Below are positions 1 through 10,029 of a DNA stretch of 64,000 nt, piece after piece. The stretch comes from an uncultured Spirochaetota bacterium (GTDB taxonomy: Bacteria; Spirochaetota; Spirochaetia; SZUA-6; Fen-1364). The notes under the pieces are model-generated. The model was given only the letters and a program-made list of their open reading frames with translations. It made no database searches and was not told the DNA's origin. Position numbers and translations under genes: made by a program. Location: the NCBI GenBank assembly GCA_963845535.1, contig CAWJSK010000015.1, forward strand, positions 384,001 to 448,000. Reading direction: 5' to 3'. Each line of letters opens with the position of its first letter. The stretch's first letter is position 1.

Positions 1-676
1 CCTTGCGGTCCTTGCGGTAGGCAAGCCTGGCGATATCGGGGTTGAGGTGATTCGTGAGCTTGTAGAAGAAAATGGTGTCGTGGTAGGCGTTCTGCACGCG
101 CAGCCGGTCCCGGCTTTTATAGTTGTACGAAGGGTAGATGGCGTTCAGCCCTTTGACCAGGGCCTTCACAACCGGGTAGGGGAGCATTTTCCCGCACCGC
201 ACGAGAGACAGGAAATCGAAATCATCCAGCGACCTGCCGAAGCGGCTCTGGAGCACCATCACGTCGAGGATCCGTTCCAGGAAGGGATGGGAGTGGAAGT
301 ATCGCTTCGTGTGCGCATCCCTCGGATCCACCCAGCCGGAGAAATAGCCGATGTAAGGGTGCGTGGATCGGTCCAGAGGGCCATGGGTGAGGAAACCCAG
401 GATGTACGCGGATAGCTCGGAGCCGGGACCGACTCCGAGCCGAAGGGCCTCGCGCGTCATCTGCTCCACAAGGCTGCCGAAGCCGCGCCGGTGCAGGGCC
501 ACCCCATAGCGCAGGCCGGTGGGCATGGTCCGTTGATTATGATAGAAGAAATCCGGCCCCTGGGCTCCGAAGCGGAAAATGTTCCCGTGCGCGCCCAGGA
601 TGGATTGCGCCTTGTCCCCCAAGGCGGCCCGCAGCGCTTCCTCAGCAAAAAGAAGATGAGTGAAATGCGCAGGCAT
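1..676 (-). CDS. Zinc-dependent phospholipase C family protein (3'-truncated by window edge)
   Basis: Not in the ORF track. Hand translation from ATG at 676 gives MPAHFTHLLFAEEAL...GAQGPDFFYH...LGFLTHGPLDRSTHPYIGY, matching the N-terminal TH, GxQGPD and HxxxDxxxHPY zinc motifs. The frame stays open to base 1. Confidence 0.75.
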   Translation of the reverse strand, partial: MPAHFTHLLFAEEALRAALGDKAQSILGAHGNIFRFGAQGPDFFYHNQRTMPTGLRYGVALHRRGFGSLVEQMTREALRLGVGPGSELSAYILGFLTHGPLDRSTHPYIGYFSGWVDPRDAHTKRYFHSHPFLERILDVMVLQSRFGRSLDDFDFLSLVRCGKMLPYPVVKALVKGLNAIYPSYNYKSRDRLRVQNAYHDTIFFYKLTNHLNPDIARLAYRKDRK

Positions 677-803
677 ACTTTGAACATAACATAACGGCGT
701 CCGAGAATCAGCCAGTCGAGAAGCCGGTCACGTCTGCGCCGACGCGCCGGCACAACGCGCCCCCTTGACTTTTTTCCGAGCGCCAATCAATGTGCCGATA
801 TTC

Positions 804-876
<73 letters not shown>

Positions 877-996
877 GTATCAGCCACCAGTTTTGAAGCC
901 GCGGTTGCCACACAAAGCGTTCGCGAGCGCTCTGTTTCCCTTTGCTCTCTTGCAGAAGGATCGCGCCGCGCGGACAGCGGCGTTCCACCAACCCGA

Positions 997-1713
997 TCAG
1001 TGGCCGGGCAAGGCTGACGGCTGTGGAGGTGTTGCAGGCACGGTGGCTCCCACGGTGTATGGACCCGCAAGCACGCCGTACCCGCCCCGCGAATTGTTTG
1101 CATATACGCGGAAGGTGAATCCCTGCGTCAGCGCCGGGGTGGAAGCGACCATTTTCTGGATGCTTGGCGCGGGCCCTTTGCGCGTAGCGGGAAAGTTTGC
1201 GACGAACTTCCCGTCTCTTCCATAGGTCCAGATCTCGACGGGGTCGTATGCCCCGGTCACAAGGATTGCCCCGTCTTTCACCGCGGCGCCGGGGTACGCC
1301 GCATCCGAGGCGGAGATCACCCGGGATGGCAGCGTGAAGCTCTGTTCCACCGTGTCGCCGCCGGCGTTCTGGAGGAGGACCCGATAGCTGCCCGCCGGCA
1401 CGGCCTGCGCGGCCGGCATGACGAGGTTGTTCGAGCCGATCCATGTCTCACCCTCCGCGGTGGAGGATATCCACGAATTGCTCTCCACTTTCCAGAAAAG
1501 CTCGGCGTCGTCGTTTATCACGTAAAAGGTGCGAAGGTTTTCCACTCCGTCGGGATCACTTGCAACCAGAAAGACACTCAACCCCTCGGAGTTGGCGCCG
1601 GTAGCCGTATCATGCTGATAGATGATGCGCGCGTAGACGCGGGAGATATCCGGCGGCTTGTTGGAACAGCCGGCAAGCAGCGCCAGGGCAACCGCGGCGG
1701 CTGCTCCCGCCAT
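997..1713 (-). CDS. Hypothetical lipoprotein
   Basis: ATG at 1713 after a G-rich RBS; hydrophobic leader with lipobox LLAGC; directly downstream of tdk. Confidence 0.7.
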   Translation of the reverse strand: MAGAAAAVALALLAGCSNKPPDISRVYARIIYQHDTATGANSEGLSVFLVASDPDGVENLRTFYVINDDAELFWKVESNSWISSTAEGETWIGSNNLVMPAAQAVPAGSYRVLLQNAGGDTVEQSFTLPSRVISASDAAYPGAAVKDGAILVTGAYDPVEIWTYGRDGKFVANFPATRKGPAPSIQKMVASTPALTQGFTFRVYANNSRGGYGVLAGPYTVGATVPATPPQPSALPGH

Positions 1714-1727
1714 TCGAAGCTCCCCCC

Positions 1728-2885
1728 TCACGCGCGCTCCAGGACCGTCGCGCGGCGGCAGTCCGACAGGCGCCGACGCAGATAATCGAGATCGAGGTCG
1801 AGCTCTTCCACCAGGCGGAGGAAGAGGTCGTTGGGAATGAGGTTCTGCTCGGTGAAAAGGAAGAGGAGCGCCTTTTCCGCAATGCACGACACGCGCAAGG
1901 AGTTCATCATTACCTCATCCGAACGTGCCCGCTCCGAGGTGTCTTCCGCCGAGTGAGTGCAATAGAGCCCGCTGAAATGCTGATACAGCCGGGATTTTTC
2001 CAGGTTGCCTCGAATGAGGGACAGCTCCTCCCGAAGCGGCGCGGGGTCACCGCGGGACGCCGCCTCTCCGAGAGGCTTCAGGTGGAGGAACGTGTACTCC
2101 TTGCCCGGCAGGTAGTGATGGTCGTCACAGCGCGTGCAATAGTTGGGCTCCCGCGGGTCCCGAGTTTCCTTGTCACCGCCAATCACCAGCAGGGGATCAA
2201 AGTACAGTGCGGGGCATTCGCGGTCATCCACCGTGTAGAAGCGATACGTGTAGTACGAATCCTCCAGGCACTCGGGGTGCTCGCAGTACGCGGTCAGGGG
2301 GAAGACGTCCGTCGCCGTGTCCAGGAGAAGCTTGGCCGTGGTGTTGAAGATCTCACGGCGGAAGTTCAGGACGAGTGACGGGAAAATGAACGTCAGCCCG
2401 CGCGAGCGGGACGCGTTTTCCACGACGTAGGCAAGCCGCTCCTCGTAGAAAGAGGCTTCATCCACCACCCACGTGCCGACACCGGGGTTTTCCGCGATGA
2501 TCCGCTCGAGATCGAAAGAGTTGGAAATGGAGGCGATGTTTTTTCCGCAGCGAACAAATCCGCCCCGGTAAGGAAGCGCGTCCGCAGGGTAGTCCGGAAA
2601 CCGCTGGGCGTCCAGGGCGGAGCGTATGAAAAACACGATCCTCCGGTCAGCGCCGTCGGTCCGAGCGCTCACGGCGGCCAGACCCGTCTTCTTGCGGGCA
2701 ACCTCAGAGTCACGCCAGATCCGCGCGGAGAACTCCGTCTTTCCCGAGCCCATGGAGCCGATCACAAGTATCCGCCGGGCGGGCCGGGAGAAGTCGAAAT
2801 GGTTGAACGAGCGGTGCACCCTCACCTCGGGGAAACCGAGGCTCTTGAGAAACTCCCGCGCCTCTGAACTTTCCAGATCCGGCAT
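1728..2885 (-). CDS. tdk: Thymidine kinase (long spirochaete-type form)
   Basis: Walker A GSMGSGKT, Walker B VVDEASF, zinc ligands CEHPEC and YCTRCDDHH; start chosen at MPDLES. Confidence 0.85.
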   Translation of the reverse strand: MPDLESSEAREFLKSLGFPEVRVHRSFNHFDFSRPARRILVIGSMGSGKTEFSARIWRDSEVARKKTGLAAVSARTDGADRRIVFFIRSALDAQRFPDYPADALPYRGGFVRCGKNIASISNSFDLERIIAENPGVGTWVVDEASFYEERLAYVVENASRSRGLTFIFPSLVLNFRREIFNTTAKLLLDTATDVFPLTAYCEHPECLEDSYYTYRFYTVDDRECPALYFDPLLVIGGDKETRDPREPNYCTRCDDHHYLPGKEYTFLHLKPLGEAASRGDPAPLREELSLIRGNLEKSRLYQHFSGLYCTHSAEDTSERARSDEVMMNSLRVSCIAEKALLFLFTEQNLIPNDLFLRLVEELDLDLDYLRRRLSDCRRATVLERA

Positions 2886-2984
2886 TGCCCGGTGAGGATA
2901 TCGTCCCCCGCGGGCGCAGTCAACAATTGACACCCCAACATAATTGACACCCCAAAGGCGGCGACCTACAGTCGGGGAGCCCAT

Positions 2985-5552
2985 ATGGCGTTGACAGGAG
3001 ACAATGTAAAAGATTTGCGGGGACTCTCCGAGGAACAGGCGCGGGAAGCCCTTCGCGTGCACGGCTGGAACGAGCTTCCGTCAGCAGGGAAGCGCGGCAT
3101 TCTGGCCATCGTGGCAGGCGTGGTGAAGGAACCGATGTTCCTCCTCCTCCTTGCCTGTGGCGCTCTGTACCTTGTGCTGGGAGACGTGCAGGAGGCTGCC
3201 ATGCTCCTGGGCTTCGTGATCGTGATCATGGGGATCACGATCTACCAGGAGCAGAAGACGGAGAACACGCTGCAGGCGCTACGTGACCTGGCCAGCCCGC
3301 GCGCCCTGGTCATCCGGGACGGTGAGAGGCGCCGCATTCCCGGGCGTGAAGTTGCCCCGGGGGATCTCATTGTCCTGGCGGAAGGAGACAGGGTCCCCGC
3401 TGACGCAGTCCTCCTCTGGGAGATCAACCTGTCGGTGGATGAATCCCTTCTGACCGGAGAATCTGTCCCGGTCCGGAAGGCCGCGGCAGAGGAAAGCACG
3501 GAAATGCAGAAGCCCGGCGGAGACGATCTTCCCTGCGTTTTTTCCGGAACACTCGTCGTGCACGGACAGGGCGTGGCCGTGGCGAAAGGGACCGGCGTCT
3601 CCTCCGAGATTGGCAGTATTGGCAAGGCCCTCCAGGCAGTGGAGCAGGAACAGACCCCTCTCCAGAAGGAGACGGGGGCAATCGTGCGCGCCATCTTCGT
3701 GGGGGCGCTCGTGCTCTGCGCTGCCCTCGTCACGGTGTACGGCGTCACCCGTCACGACTGGCTCGGCGGGTTCCTCTCCGGCATCACGCTCGCCATGGCG
3801 GTGCTGCCCGAGGAGTTTCCCGTCGTTCTCACGATCTTCCTGGCGTTGGGAGCGTGGCGCATCTCGCGCAACAACGTGCTGGCCCGCCGGATGGCCGCGG
3901 TGGAAACACTCGGAGCGGCAACGGTGCTCTGCACGGACAAGACGGGCACGCTCACGCAAAACCGGATGCGGATCCGCATGCTCCAGGCGGCGGGCCAGCC
4001 CCTCGATGTCACGGACGGCCCCGGGGATCTGCCGGAGTCATTCCACGAGCTGCTCGAATACGGGATCCTCGCAAGCCAGCAGGACCCCTTTGATCCCATG
4101 GAGAAAGCCATTCACGAAGTAGGGGCGGGGAAGCTCACCAATACGGAGCACATTCACACCAGCTGGACGCTGGCCCAGCAGTATCCCCTCTCACGGAACC
4201 TGCTTGCCCTCTCCCACGCCTGGAAGTCGAAGGACGGCGCCGGCTACGTGGTGGCCACAAAAGGCGCACCGGAGGCCGTTGCAGACCTGTGCCATCTCGA
4301 TGAGAAGGGAAGGGAGCGGCTCGCAGGACGCGTTCAAGCCATGGCGGACAAAGGGCTGCGGGTGATCGGGGTGGCAAAAGCCGCTTTCCATGATGCCGAC
4401 CTTCCCGACCTGGCGCATGATTTTCCCTTCCAGCTCATTGGCATCATCGGCCTGGAGGACCCCGTGCGGCCCACGGTGCCAGCCGCCGTGAAGGAGTGCG
4501 CCGAGGCGGGGATCAGGGTGGTCATGATCACGGGGGACTACCCGGCAACCGCGCAAAAGATTGCAGAGCAGATCGGCCTTGGTCCGGGCGGGACGATTAC
4601 CGGGCCCGAGCTGGACCGCATGTCCGGCCCGGATCTCGCCGAGCGCGTCGCGGAGGCCGGCATTTTCGCGCGCGTCGTGCCGGAGCAGAAGCTCGCCATT
4701 GTGAATGCCTTCAAGTCGCGGGGAGAGATCGTGGCCATGACCGGTGACGGCGTGAACGACGCCCCTGCGCTGAAAGCGGCCCACATCGGGGTGGCCATGG
4801 GCAATCGCGGAACGGATGTCGCGCGCGAGGCTTCCGACCTCGTCCTGCTGGATGACGATTTTTCTTCAATAGTAAAGGCCGTGAGGATGGGCAGGCGCAT
4901 CTTCGACAACCTGCGAAAGGCAATGGCGTACGTTATCAGCGTCCACATCCCCATTGCCCTCGCTTCCCTGCTCCCCGTCCTCCTTCAGTGGAAGGAGATG
5001 ATCCTTTTTCCCGTGCACATTGTTTTCCTCGAGCTCGTCATCGACCCGGCCTGTTCGGTGGTCTTCGAGGCCGAGCCGGCCGAGGGGGACATCATGAGGA
5101 GAAAACCCCGGGGTCCCCAGGAGCGTCTGTTTGGGCCGCGGGGGCTCATCATCAGCTGCCTCCAGGGGCTCATGGCGTTCGCGGCGGTCATGGGCGTGCA
5201 TTGGGTCGCGCTCCTGCTCGGACAGAGCCTTGCCGAGGCCCGCACCCTGGCTTTCATCACGCTCATTGTCTCAAACCTCTCGCTGATCCTCACCAACAGA
5301 AGCTGGTCGAACACGGCCTGGTCTGCTTTCCGTGCGAGCAACCCGGCGCTTCTTTGGGTGGTTGGGGGAGCTCTTGTTTTCCTTTCCCTCGTTGTCTCCG
5401 TGCCCGGCCTGCGCGACCTGTTCCACTTTGCCCCCATGCACCTCGTGGACGTTGCCATCGCGCTCGTCGCGGGGCTCGTGAGCATTGCATGGTTCGAGGC
5501 TGCAAAAGTCCTCATGAGGCGCCGAAAGCGCGGGGTTGGCGGACAAGGATGA
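2985..5552 (+). CDS. Cation-translocating P-type ATPase (P2, Ca2+-like)
   Basis: TGES, LPEEFP, DKTGTLT, KGAPE, MITGD and GDGVNDAPALK motifs; C-terminal transmembrane bundle. Confidence 0.95.
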   Translation: MALTGDNVKDLRGLSEEQAREALRVHGWNELPSAGKRGILAIVAGVVKEPMFLLLLACGALYLVLGDVQEAAMLLGFVIVIMGITIYQEQKTENTLQALRDLASPRALVIRDGERRRIPGREVAPGDLIVLAEGDRVPADAVLLWEINLSVDESLLTGESVPVRKAAAEESTEMQKPGGDDLPCVFSGTLVVHGQGVAVAKGTGVSSEIGSIGKALQAVEQEQTPLQKETGAIVRAIFVGALVLCAALVTVYGVTRHDWLGGFLSGITLAMAVLPEEFPVVLTIFLALGAWRISRNNVLARRMAAVETLGAATVLCTDKTGTLTQNRMRIRMLQAAGQPLDVTDGPGDLPESFHELLEYGILASQQDPFDPMEKAIHEVGAGKLTNTEHIHTSWTLAQQYPLSRNLLALSHAWKSKDGAGYVVATKGAPEAVADLCHLDEKGRERLAGRVQAMADKGLRVIGVAKAAFHDADLPDLAHDFPFQLIGIIGLEDPVRPTVPAAVKECAEAGIRVVMITGDYPATAQKIAEQIGLGPGGTITGPELDRMSGPDLAERVAEAGIFARVVPEQKLAIVNAFKSRGEIVAMTGDGVNDAPALKAAHIGVAMGNRGTDVAREASDLVLLDDDFSSIVKAVRMGRRIFDNLRKAMAYVISVHIPIALASLLPVLLQWKEMILFPVHIVFLELVIDPACSVVFEAEPAEGDIMRRKPRGPQERLFGPRGLIISCLQGLMAFAAVMGVHWVALLLGQSLAEARTLAFITLIVSNLSLILTNRSWSNTAWSAFRASNPALLWVVGGALVFLSLVVSVPGLRDLFHFAPMHLVDVAIALVAGLVSIAWFEAAKVLMRRRKRGVGGQG

Positions 5553-5568
5553 GGTGCTCGCCGGAAGG

Positions 5569-8500
5569 TTAGCCGAAAAGTTTGAGCTGGTCGTCCTGCT
5601 TTCCCTGGCGTAAGGGGCGGGAAACCTCCTCGCGGCACTCCTCGGGGATCTCCGCCAGGAACGGACTGGGGCGGGCGGAGGCAAGCACGCCATGAACCAT
5701 GCGCTGTGCGCAGTGCGTGATGAAAAGTGCATCCCGCGCCCGGGTGAGCGCCACGTAGAAAAGACGCCGCTCCTCATCCGGATCATCCCCCATGGGGATG
5801 ATCCCTTCCTCCGCCCCGGCAATGAACACCACGGGGAACTCGAGCCCTTTGGCCGCGTGGAACGTGAGGAGCTTCACCCGCTCCACCGTGCGGGCCCCTT
5901 CGCTTTCCCGCGTGAGGAGGGAAAGATGCGCCAGGAAAGAGGGGAGGTCGTTTCCGTGCTCCCGCGCGCTCTCCCGGATGGCCTCGTCAGCAAGCGCAAT
6001 CTCGGGGACCCCCGTGTCGAAAGGAACAAGCCCGTTCTTGATCTCATCGATTGCAGGCTCGATTCCGCGGGAGGCAACCACGGCCCGAAGATCATCGAGC
6101 CTGCTCTGGAGGGCAGGGAGCTCTCCGGCAAGCTCCTTTCGTGAAACAGGATCCAACGGATTCACGATAAGCCTCAGGGCCGCCATCAGGCGGCAAAAAG
6201 GCTCTTCCTCAACAAGCGGCGTGCTGTCACGGAGAGAAAGAGGGAGCCCGGCCCGAAGCAAAGAAGGCAAGAGCGCATCCCGAACGGCCCGCGTCCGAAA
6301 AAGGATTGCGATGTCGGCAAAGGAATGACTCCCCGGCGCCGCTCCCTTCGTCCTGGCCCGCGCCGCATCCACGGAGACCGAGTCAACTCCGCCCACGAGG
6401 TCACGGATGCTGGAGGCGATTCTGTCTCCCTCTTCCGCTGGATTGGCTGCCCGAAACACGCGAATGGCTGCGCCGTCCGGCCTCTGCGCGCGCAGCGCCG
6501 GCGCTCCGGGCTCCCGACCGGGCGCGATAAGCGCTCCAGAGGCGCGCACGATGGTTGCCGAGGAACGATAATTGAGGTCAAGCGAAAAAACACGCGTGTC
6601 GGGCTGGTCGCGAAACTGGAAGAAAAGAGCGCGGTCCGAGCCGCGAAAGCCATATATGGCCTGGTCAGGATCACCAATACACAGGAGCGCCTCAGCGGTC
6701 TCCCCCAGCGCGGACAAGAGCTCGAATTGCGGCTTGTTGATGTCCTGCAGCTCATCGACGGCAATCGTGCTGAACTTCCGGCGCTGTTCGGAAAGGAACT
6801 CCGGGGATTCTCGAAAGACGCCCAGCGTCCTGACCACCAGGGATGAGACGTCCACGCCTCCGGTGTCCGTGCACAAGCTTTCGTAGGCCGTGATGGTCCC
6901 TCGAAGCGCCTCGTCCGGCTCCTCCATTCCCTCGTAGTACCGCTGGATTCGTTCGGCGGCAATCCGCGCGCGCGACGGCGTCTCAAGCCCTGGCAGCATC
7001 TCCAGGAGGGAGACGCGCTGCGAACCATTGTAGACGGTGACGAGCCGTGGGTCGCGCGCGCGAAGCCGGCCGAAGCAGAAGGAGTGGAAAGTCGCCGCGG
7101 TGACCGCTGCCGCCCGTGCGCCAAGGGCTGCCGTGAGCCTCTGGCGCATTTCGGCGGCTGCGCGAGCGGTGAAAGTGAGGGCGAGCACCTGCCGCGGATC
7201 ACAGAGACCCGTGTCGATGCGGCCGGCCACCCAGCTCGTGAGGAGCCTCGTCTTTCCCGTTCCCGGACCAGCAAAGACGAGCCCCTTTGCCGGCGCTGAG
7301 CTGACGATGGCTCGCTGCGCATCATCCAGGGATGCGGATCCGGCACCGGGTTCGACCCTCTCCACGAGGGCTGGGCTTGCTCCCGGGAAGGTCCCCTCGC
7401 GCTTTGCCCTGCCTCGCCGGGTGGCTTGCGCGGGGAAAAGCTCATCCTGGCCGCGCAGCCGTGCCAGCTCCTGGTCATCGAACATCCTGATGACGCCGAA
7501 CTCTCCGTCGTAGCCCGGGCTTGGTGTGACCTGGCCGCTTCGCATCCGACGGACTGCTTCGGCAATCAGAGGTCCCAGGGATTTTTCGATATCCTGGGGC
7601 GCGGATTCGAAGAGAAACGCGTATTCGCTTCCGAACGTGCGGATGACCTTGGCATGGAGCGCGCCCACCGCGCGTGACCCGGTGCCGCTGCCGGTGAGCT
7701 GGCCCAGGATTTCCGGCACGGGGATGAGGTAACGGAACCCGCCGGCGCCTTCCGGCGTGCGAGGCTCCGCGCGGTCCGCCAGCTCGAGCACCCTGTGGAG
7801 GACTCCCACGGTTATGGGCGCCCCGCATGCGGGACACGCGGTCCCGGACTTCAGCGTTTCCTCCGGGTCCAGGCAGACGCCGCATTTCCTGTGGCCGTCG
7901 AAATGGTACTTGCCTTCCTCCGGATAGAACTCGCACGTCCCGACAAACCCCTTGCCCGTCCGCAAGGCGCCCGCCACACCGTTCCAGCTCATGTCCGTTT
8001 CGAGGACATTCGCCTCTCTTCCCAGGTTGGGCGGGGAGTGCGCATCCGAGTTGGAGACGAGGCGATATCCATCCAGGGCGCCCCACCGCCAGTTCATTGG
8101 CGGATCCGAGGAGAGCCCCGTTTCCAGGGCAAAGATGTGCGTTGTGAGGTCTTCGAAGCAGTCCTCGATCCTGTCGAAACCGGACTTGGAGCCGAAGAGG
8201 GAGAACCACGGCGTCCAGATATGCGCGGGAATGAGAAAGCCTCCCGGGGAGACTTCAAGCAGGATTGAGAGGAGATCCTTGGGGTCCAGTCCGAGGATGG
8301 GTCTTCCGTCAGAGGCAATGTTGCCAATGGCGGAAAGCCGGGCGCCGAGCTTCCGCGCCTCTTCCAGGGTCTGCACCCCGATGAGCGAGTGGACCTTGCG
8401 TGTTGCCCCGCGTTTCTTGTAGATGGAGCTGATCTCAACGGTGAGGAGGAAGCGCACCGGAGCGTCCGCGGGTTGGGCGTTCTCCAGGGGGAAATCCCGC

Positions 8501-8706
8501 GGAGGCTCACGCAGCTCGAAAAGGCCGTCCTTCTCTACGAGCTTCTCTCCGAGCTCCTCCATCCACCGGGGATGCGTGAAGTCCCCCGTGCCGACGACGT
8601 TGATCCCCTTGAGCCGGGCCCATCGGTAGTAGCCTTCGAGATCGGCATCCCTGCTCGTGGCCCGCGAGTACCGGGAATGGACGTGCAGGTCCGCGACGAA
8701 CCGCAT
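5569..8706 (-). CDS. Endonuclease Q-like PHP domain fused to UvrD/PcrA-type SF1A helicase
   Basis: N-terminal DLHVHSRYS, GTGDFTHP, AHIWTPWFS, ETGLSSD, SNSDAHS and zinc finger (HRKC...CPAC). C-terminal AGPGTGKT, DELQD, GDPDQAIYGFRG, NYRS, TFHAAKGLEF, EERRLFYVALTRA. Confidence 0.9.
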   Translation of the reverse strand: MRFVADLHVHSRYSRATSRDADLEGYYRWARLKGINVVGTGDFTHPRWMEELGEKLVEKDGLFELREPPRDFPLENAQPADAPVRFLLTVEISSIYKKRGATRKVHSLIGVQTLEEARKLGARLSAIGNIASDGRPILGLDPKDLLSILLEVSPGGFLIPAHIWTPWFSLFGSKSGFDRIEDCFEDLTTHIFALETGLSSDPPMNWRWGALDGYRLVSNSDAHSPPNLGREANVLETDMSWNGVAGALRTGKGFVGTCEFYPEEGKYHFDGHRKCGVCLDPEETLKSGTACPACGAPITVGVLHRVLELADRAEPRTPEGAGGFRYLIPVPEILGQLTGSGTGSRAVGALHAKVIRTFGSEYAFLFESAPQDIEKSLGPLIAEAVRRMRSGQVTPSPGYDGEFGVIRMFDDQELARLRGQDELFPAQATRRGRAKREGTFPGASPALVERVEPGAGSASLDDAQRAIVSSAPAKGLVFAGPGTGKTRLLTSWVAGRIDTGLCDPRQVLALTFTARAAAEMRQRLTAALGARAAAVTAATFHSFCFGRLRARDPRLVTVYNGSQRVSLLEMLPGLETPSRARIAAERIQRYYEGMEEPDEALRGTITAYESLCTDTGGVDVSSLVVRTLGVFRESPEFLSEQRRKFSTIAVDELQDINKPQFELLSALGETAEALLCIGDPDQAIYGFRGSDRALFFQFRDQPDTRVFSLDLNYRSSATIVRASGALIAPGREPGAPALRAQRPDGAAIRVFRAANPAEEGDRIASSIRDLVGGVDSVSVDAARARTKGAAPGSHSFADIAILFRTRAVRDALLPSLLRAGLPLSLRDSTPLVEEEPFCRLMAALRLIVNPLDPVSRKELAGELPALQSRLDDLRAVVASRGIEPAIDEIKNGLVPFDTGVPEIALADEAIRESAREHGNDLPSFLAHLSLLTRESEGARTVERVKLLTFHAAKGLEFPVVFIAGAEEGIIPMGDDPDEERRLFYVALTRARDALFITHCAQRMVHGVLASARPSPFLAEIPEECREEVSRPLRQGKQDDQLKLFG

Positions 8707-8715
8707 GCCGACCCG

Positions 8716-9312
8716 TCACGCCGGGTTTTTCGTGAATATCGCCTTGAGCTCTTCCTTGGCGCCTTCCAGGACCTCGTTGTACTTGACGTCGAGCTGGGCG
8801 AAATACTGCCGGACCATGCCCAGGTAATCGGGGTCCGCGTTGGGATTTATCTTCACCGGCCTGCCCATCTGGCGGGAAAGCTCTTCTTCCTTTTTCTTTC
8901 GGACCGGCGCGTATTGCTTATCCAGGGCTTCCACGAGCCTCTTGCGCTCGGAGAGATACTCCTTGAAGAAGTTCTCCAGCTGGCTGAATATCATGTTCAC
9001 CTTTTTCGGATCTGCCACCGTGGCGGCAAACGCATCCCCGAACTTCTTGTTGTTCTTGAGGGAGAACTCGTCAGCGGGCAGGACGAGGTTTGCCAGGAGG
9101 GACTGGATGAGGCCCTCCCTGACCCATGCGAGCTGCTGCTTGTCGAACGCCTTGAGCGCTGCTTTGAGATCGAAGGACGGCTCATCGATGAGCTTCGAGA
9201 CGAGCTTCTTTCCCTCGTCCCTGAGGCGGTTCGTCTCCACAAGCTCCTTGTTGGCCTCGATGTCCTTCGAGTTCTCCATTGCTATCTGGTACGCGGATTT
9301 TATGACTCCCAT
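8716..9312 (-). CDS. Conserved hypothetical helical protein (DUF6657-like)
   Basis: RBS CAGGAG; N-terminus MGVIKSAYQIAME resembles this family; 9 bp upstream of the EndoQ-UvrD gene. Confidence 0.65.
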   Translation of the reverse strand: MGVIKSAYQIAMENSKDIEANKELVETNRLRDEGKKLVSKLIDEPSFDLKAALKAFDKQQLAWVREGLIQSLLANLVLPADEFSLKNNKKFGDAFAATVADPKKVNMIFSQLENFFKEYLSERKRLVEALDKQYAPVRKKKEEELSRQMGRPVKINPNADPDYLGMVRQYFAQLDVKYNEVLEGAKEELKAIFTKNPA

Positions 9313-9418
9313 GTTGTCGTTCTCCTGCTGAAATGTAACCCCCGCGCCGCGGGCGAATCAAGACAGTGAAATCACGGCGCGTCGCGCGCCAGCCGCACAA
9401 GCGCGGGCGCCGCGGCTC

Positions 9419-10000
9419 TCACGACACAGTGACGGATTCCTGATCCGTTACCACCCCGTCCAACCGCTGGTCCCGTTCCGTGTGCGGCACCTCGGGCACC
9501 AACTGGTCCGAGAGGCCCACGCCGATTGCCGTGAGGTCCGTTCCCAGCGCGGCGCGCGCCTCAGTCAGAAACGTGTCGTAGTAGCCCTTGCCTCTTCCCA
9601 ATCGGTTTCCCATCCGGTCGAACGCCAGTCCCGGTGTGGCAACCAGAAAGCGGGTCCCCCTGCGCAGCGCGAGCGGTTCCCACTCGGCGCGCGGCACGGG
9701 AATCCCCCAGCGGTCCCGGGGCAGCTCGCCGGCATCCGGGGGAAGGAAATAGAAACGGATGACGTCCCGTTCGATGCGCGGCACGGCCACGCGCCTTCCT
9801 GAGGCGTGCGCGGCCTGGATGAGGCCGGCGCTGTCGAGCTCCCGCGGCATGGAGAGAAAACAGAGGACCACCCGAGCGCCCTTCCAGGCAGGCGTTTCCT
9901 GAAAGCGCCCGGCCACCTTGGCGCTGCGCCGGCCCAGCTCCCGTTCATCCACGAGGGCCAGCAACCGTTCCATCTGGGCGCGCAATTCTGCCTTTGTCAT
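9419..10000 (-). CDS. 5-formyltetrahydrofolate cyclo-ligase
   Basis: MTKAELR start; PGLAFDRMGNRLGRGKGYYD and VPHTERDQRLDGVVTD motifs. Confidence 0.92.
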   Translation of the reverse strand: MTKAELRAQMERLLALVDERELGRRSAKVAGRFQETPAWKGARVVLCFLSMPRELDSAGLIQAAHASGRRVAVPRIERDVIRFYFLPPDAGELPRDRWGIPVPRAEWEPLALRRGTRFLVATPGLAFDRMGNRLGRGKGYYDTFLTEARAALGTDLTAIGVGLSDQLVPEVPHTERDQRLDGVVTDQESVTVS

Positions 10001-10029
10001 GGTACATTAGTACGGACTTGGAGGAACGC

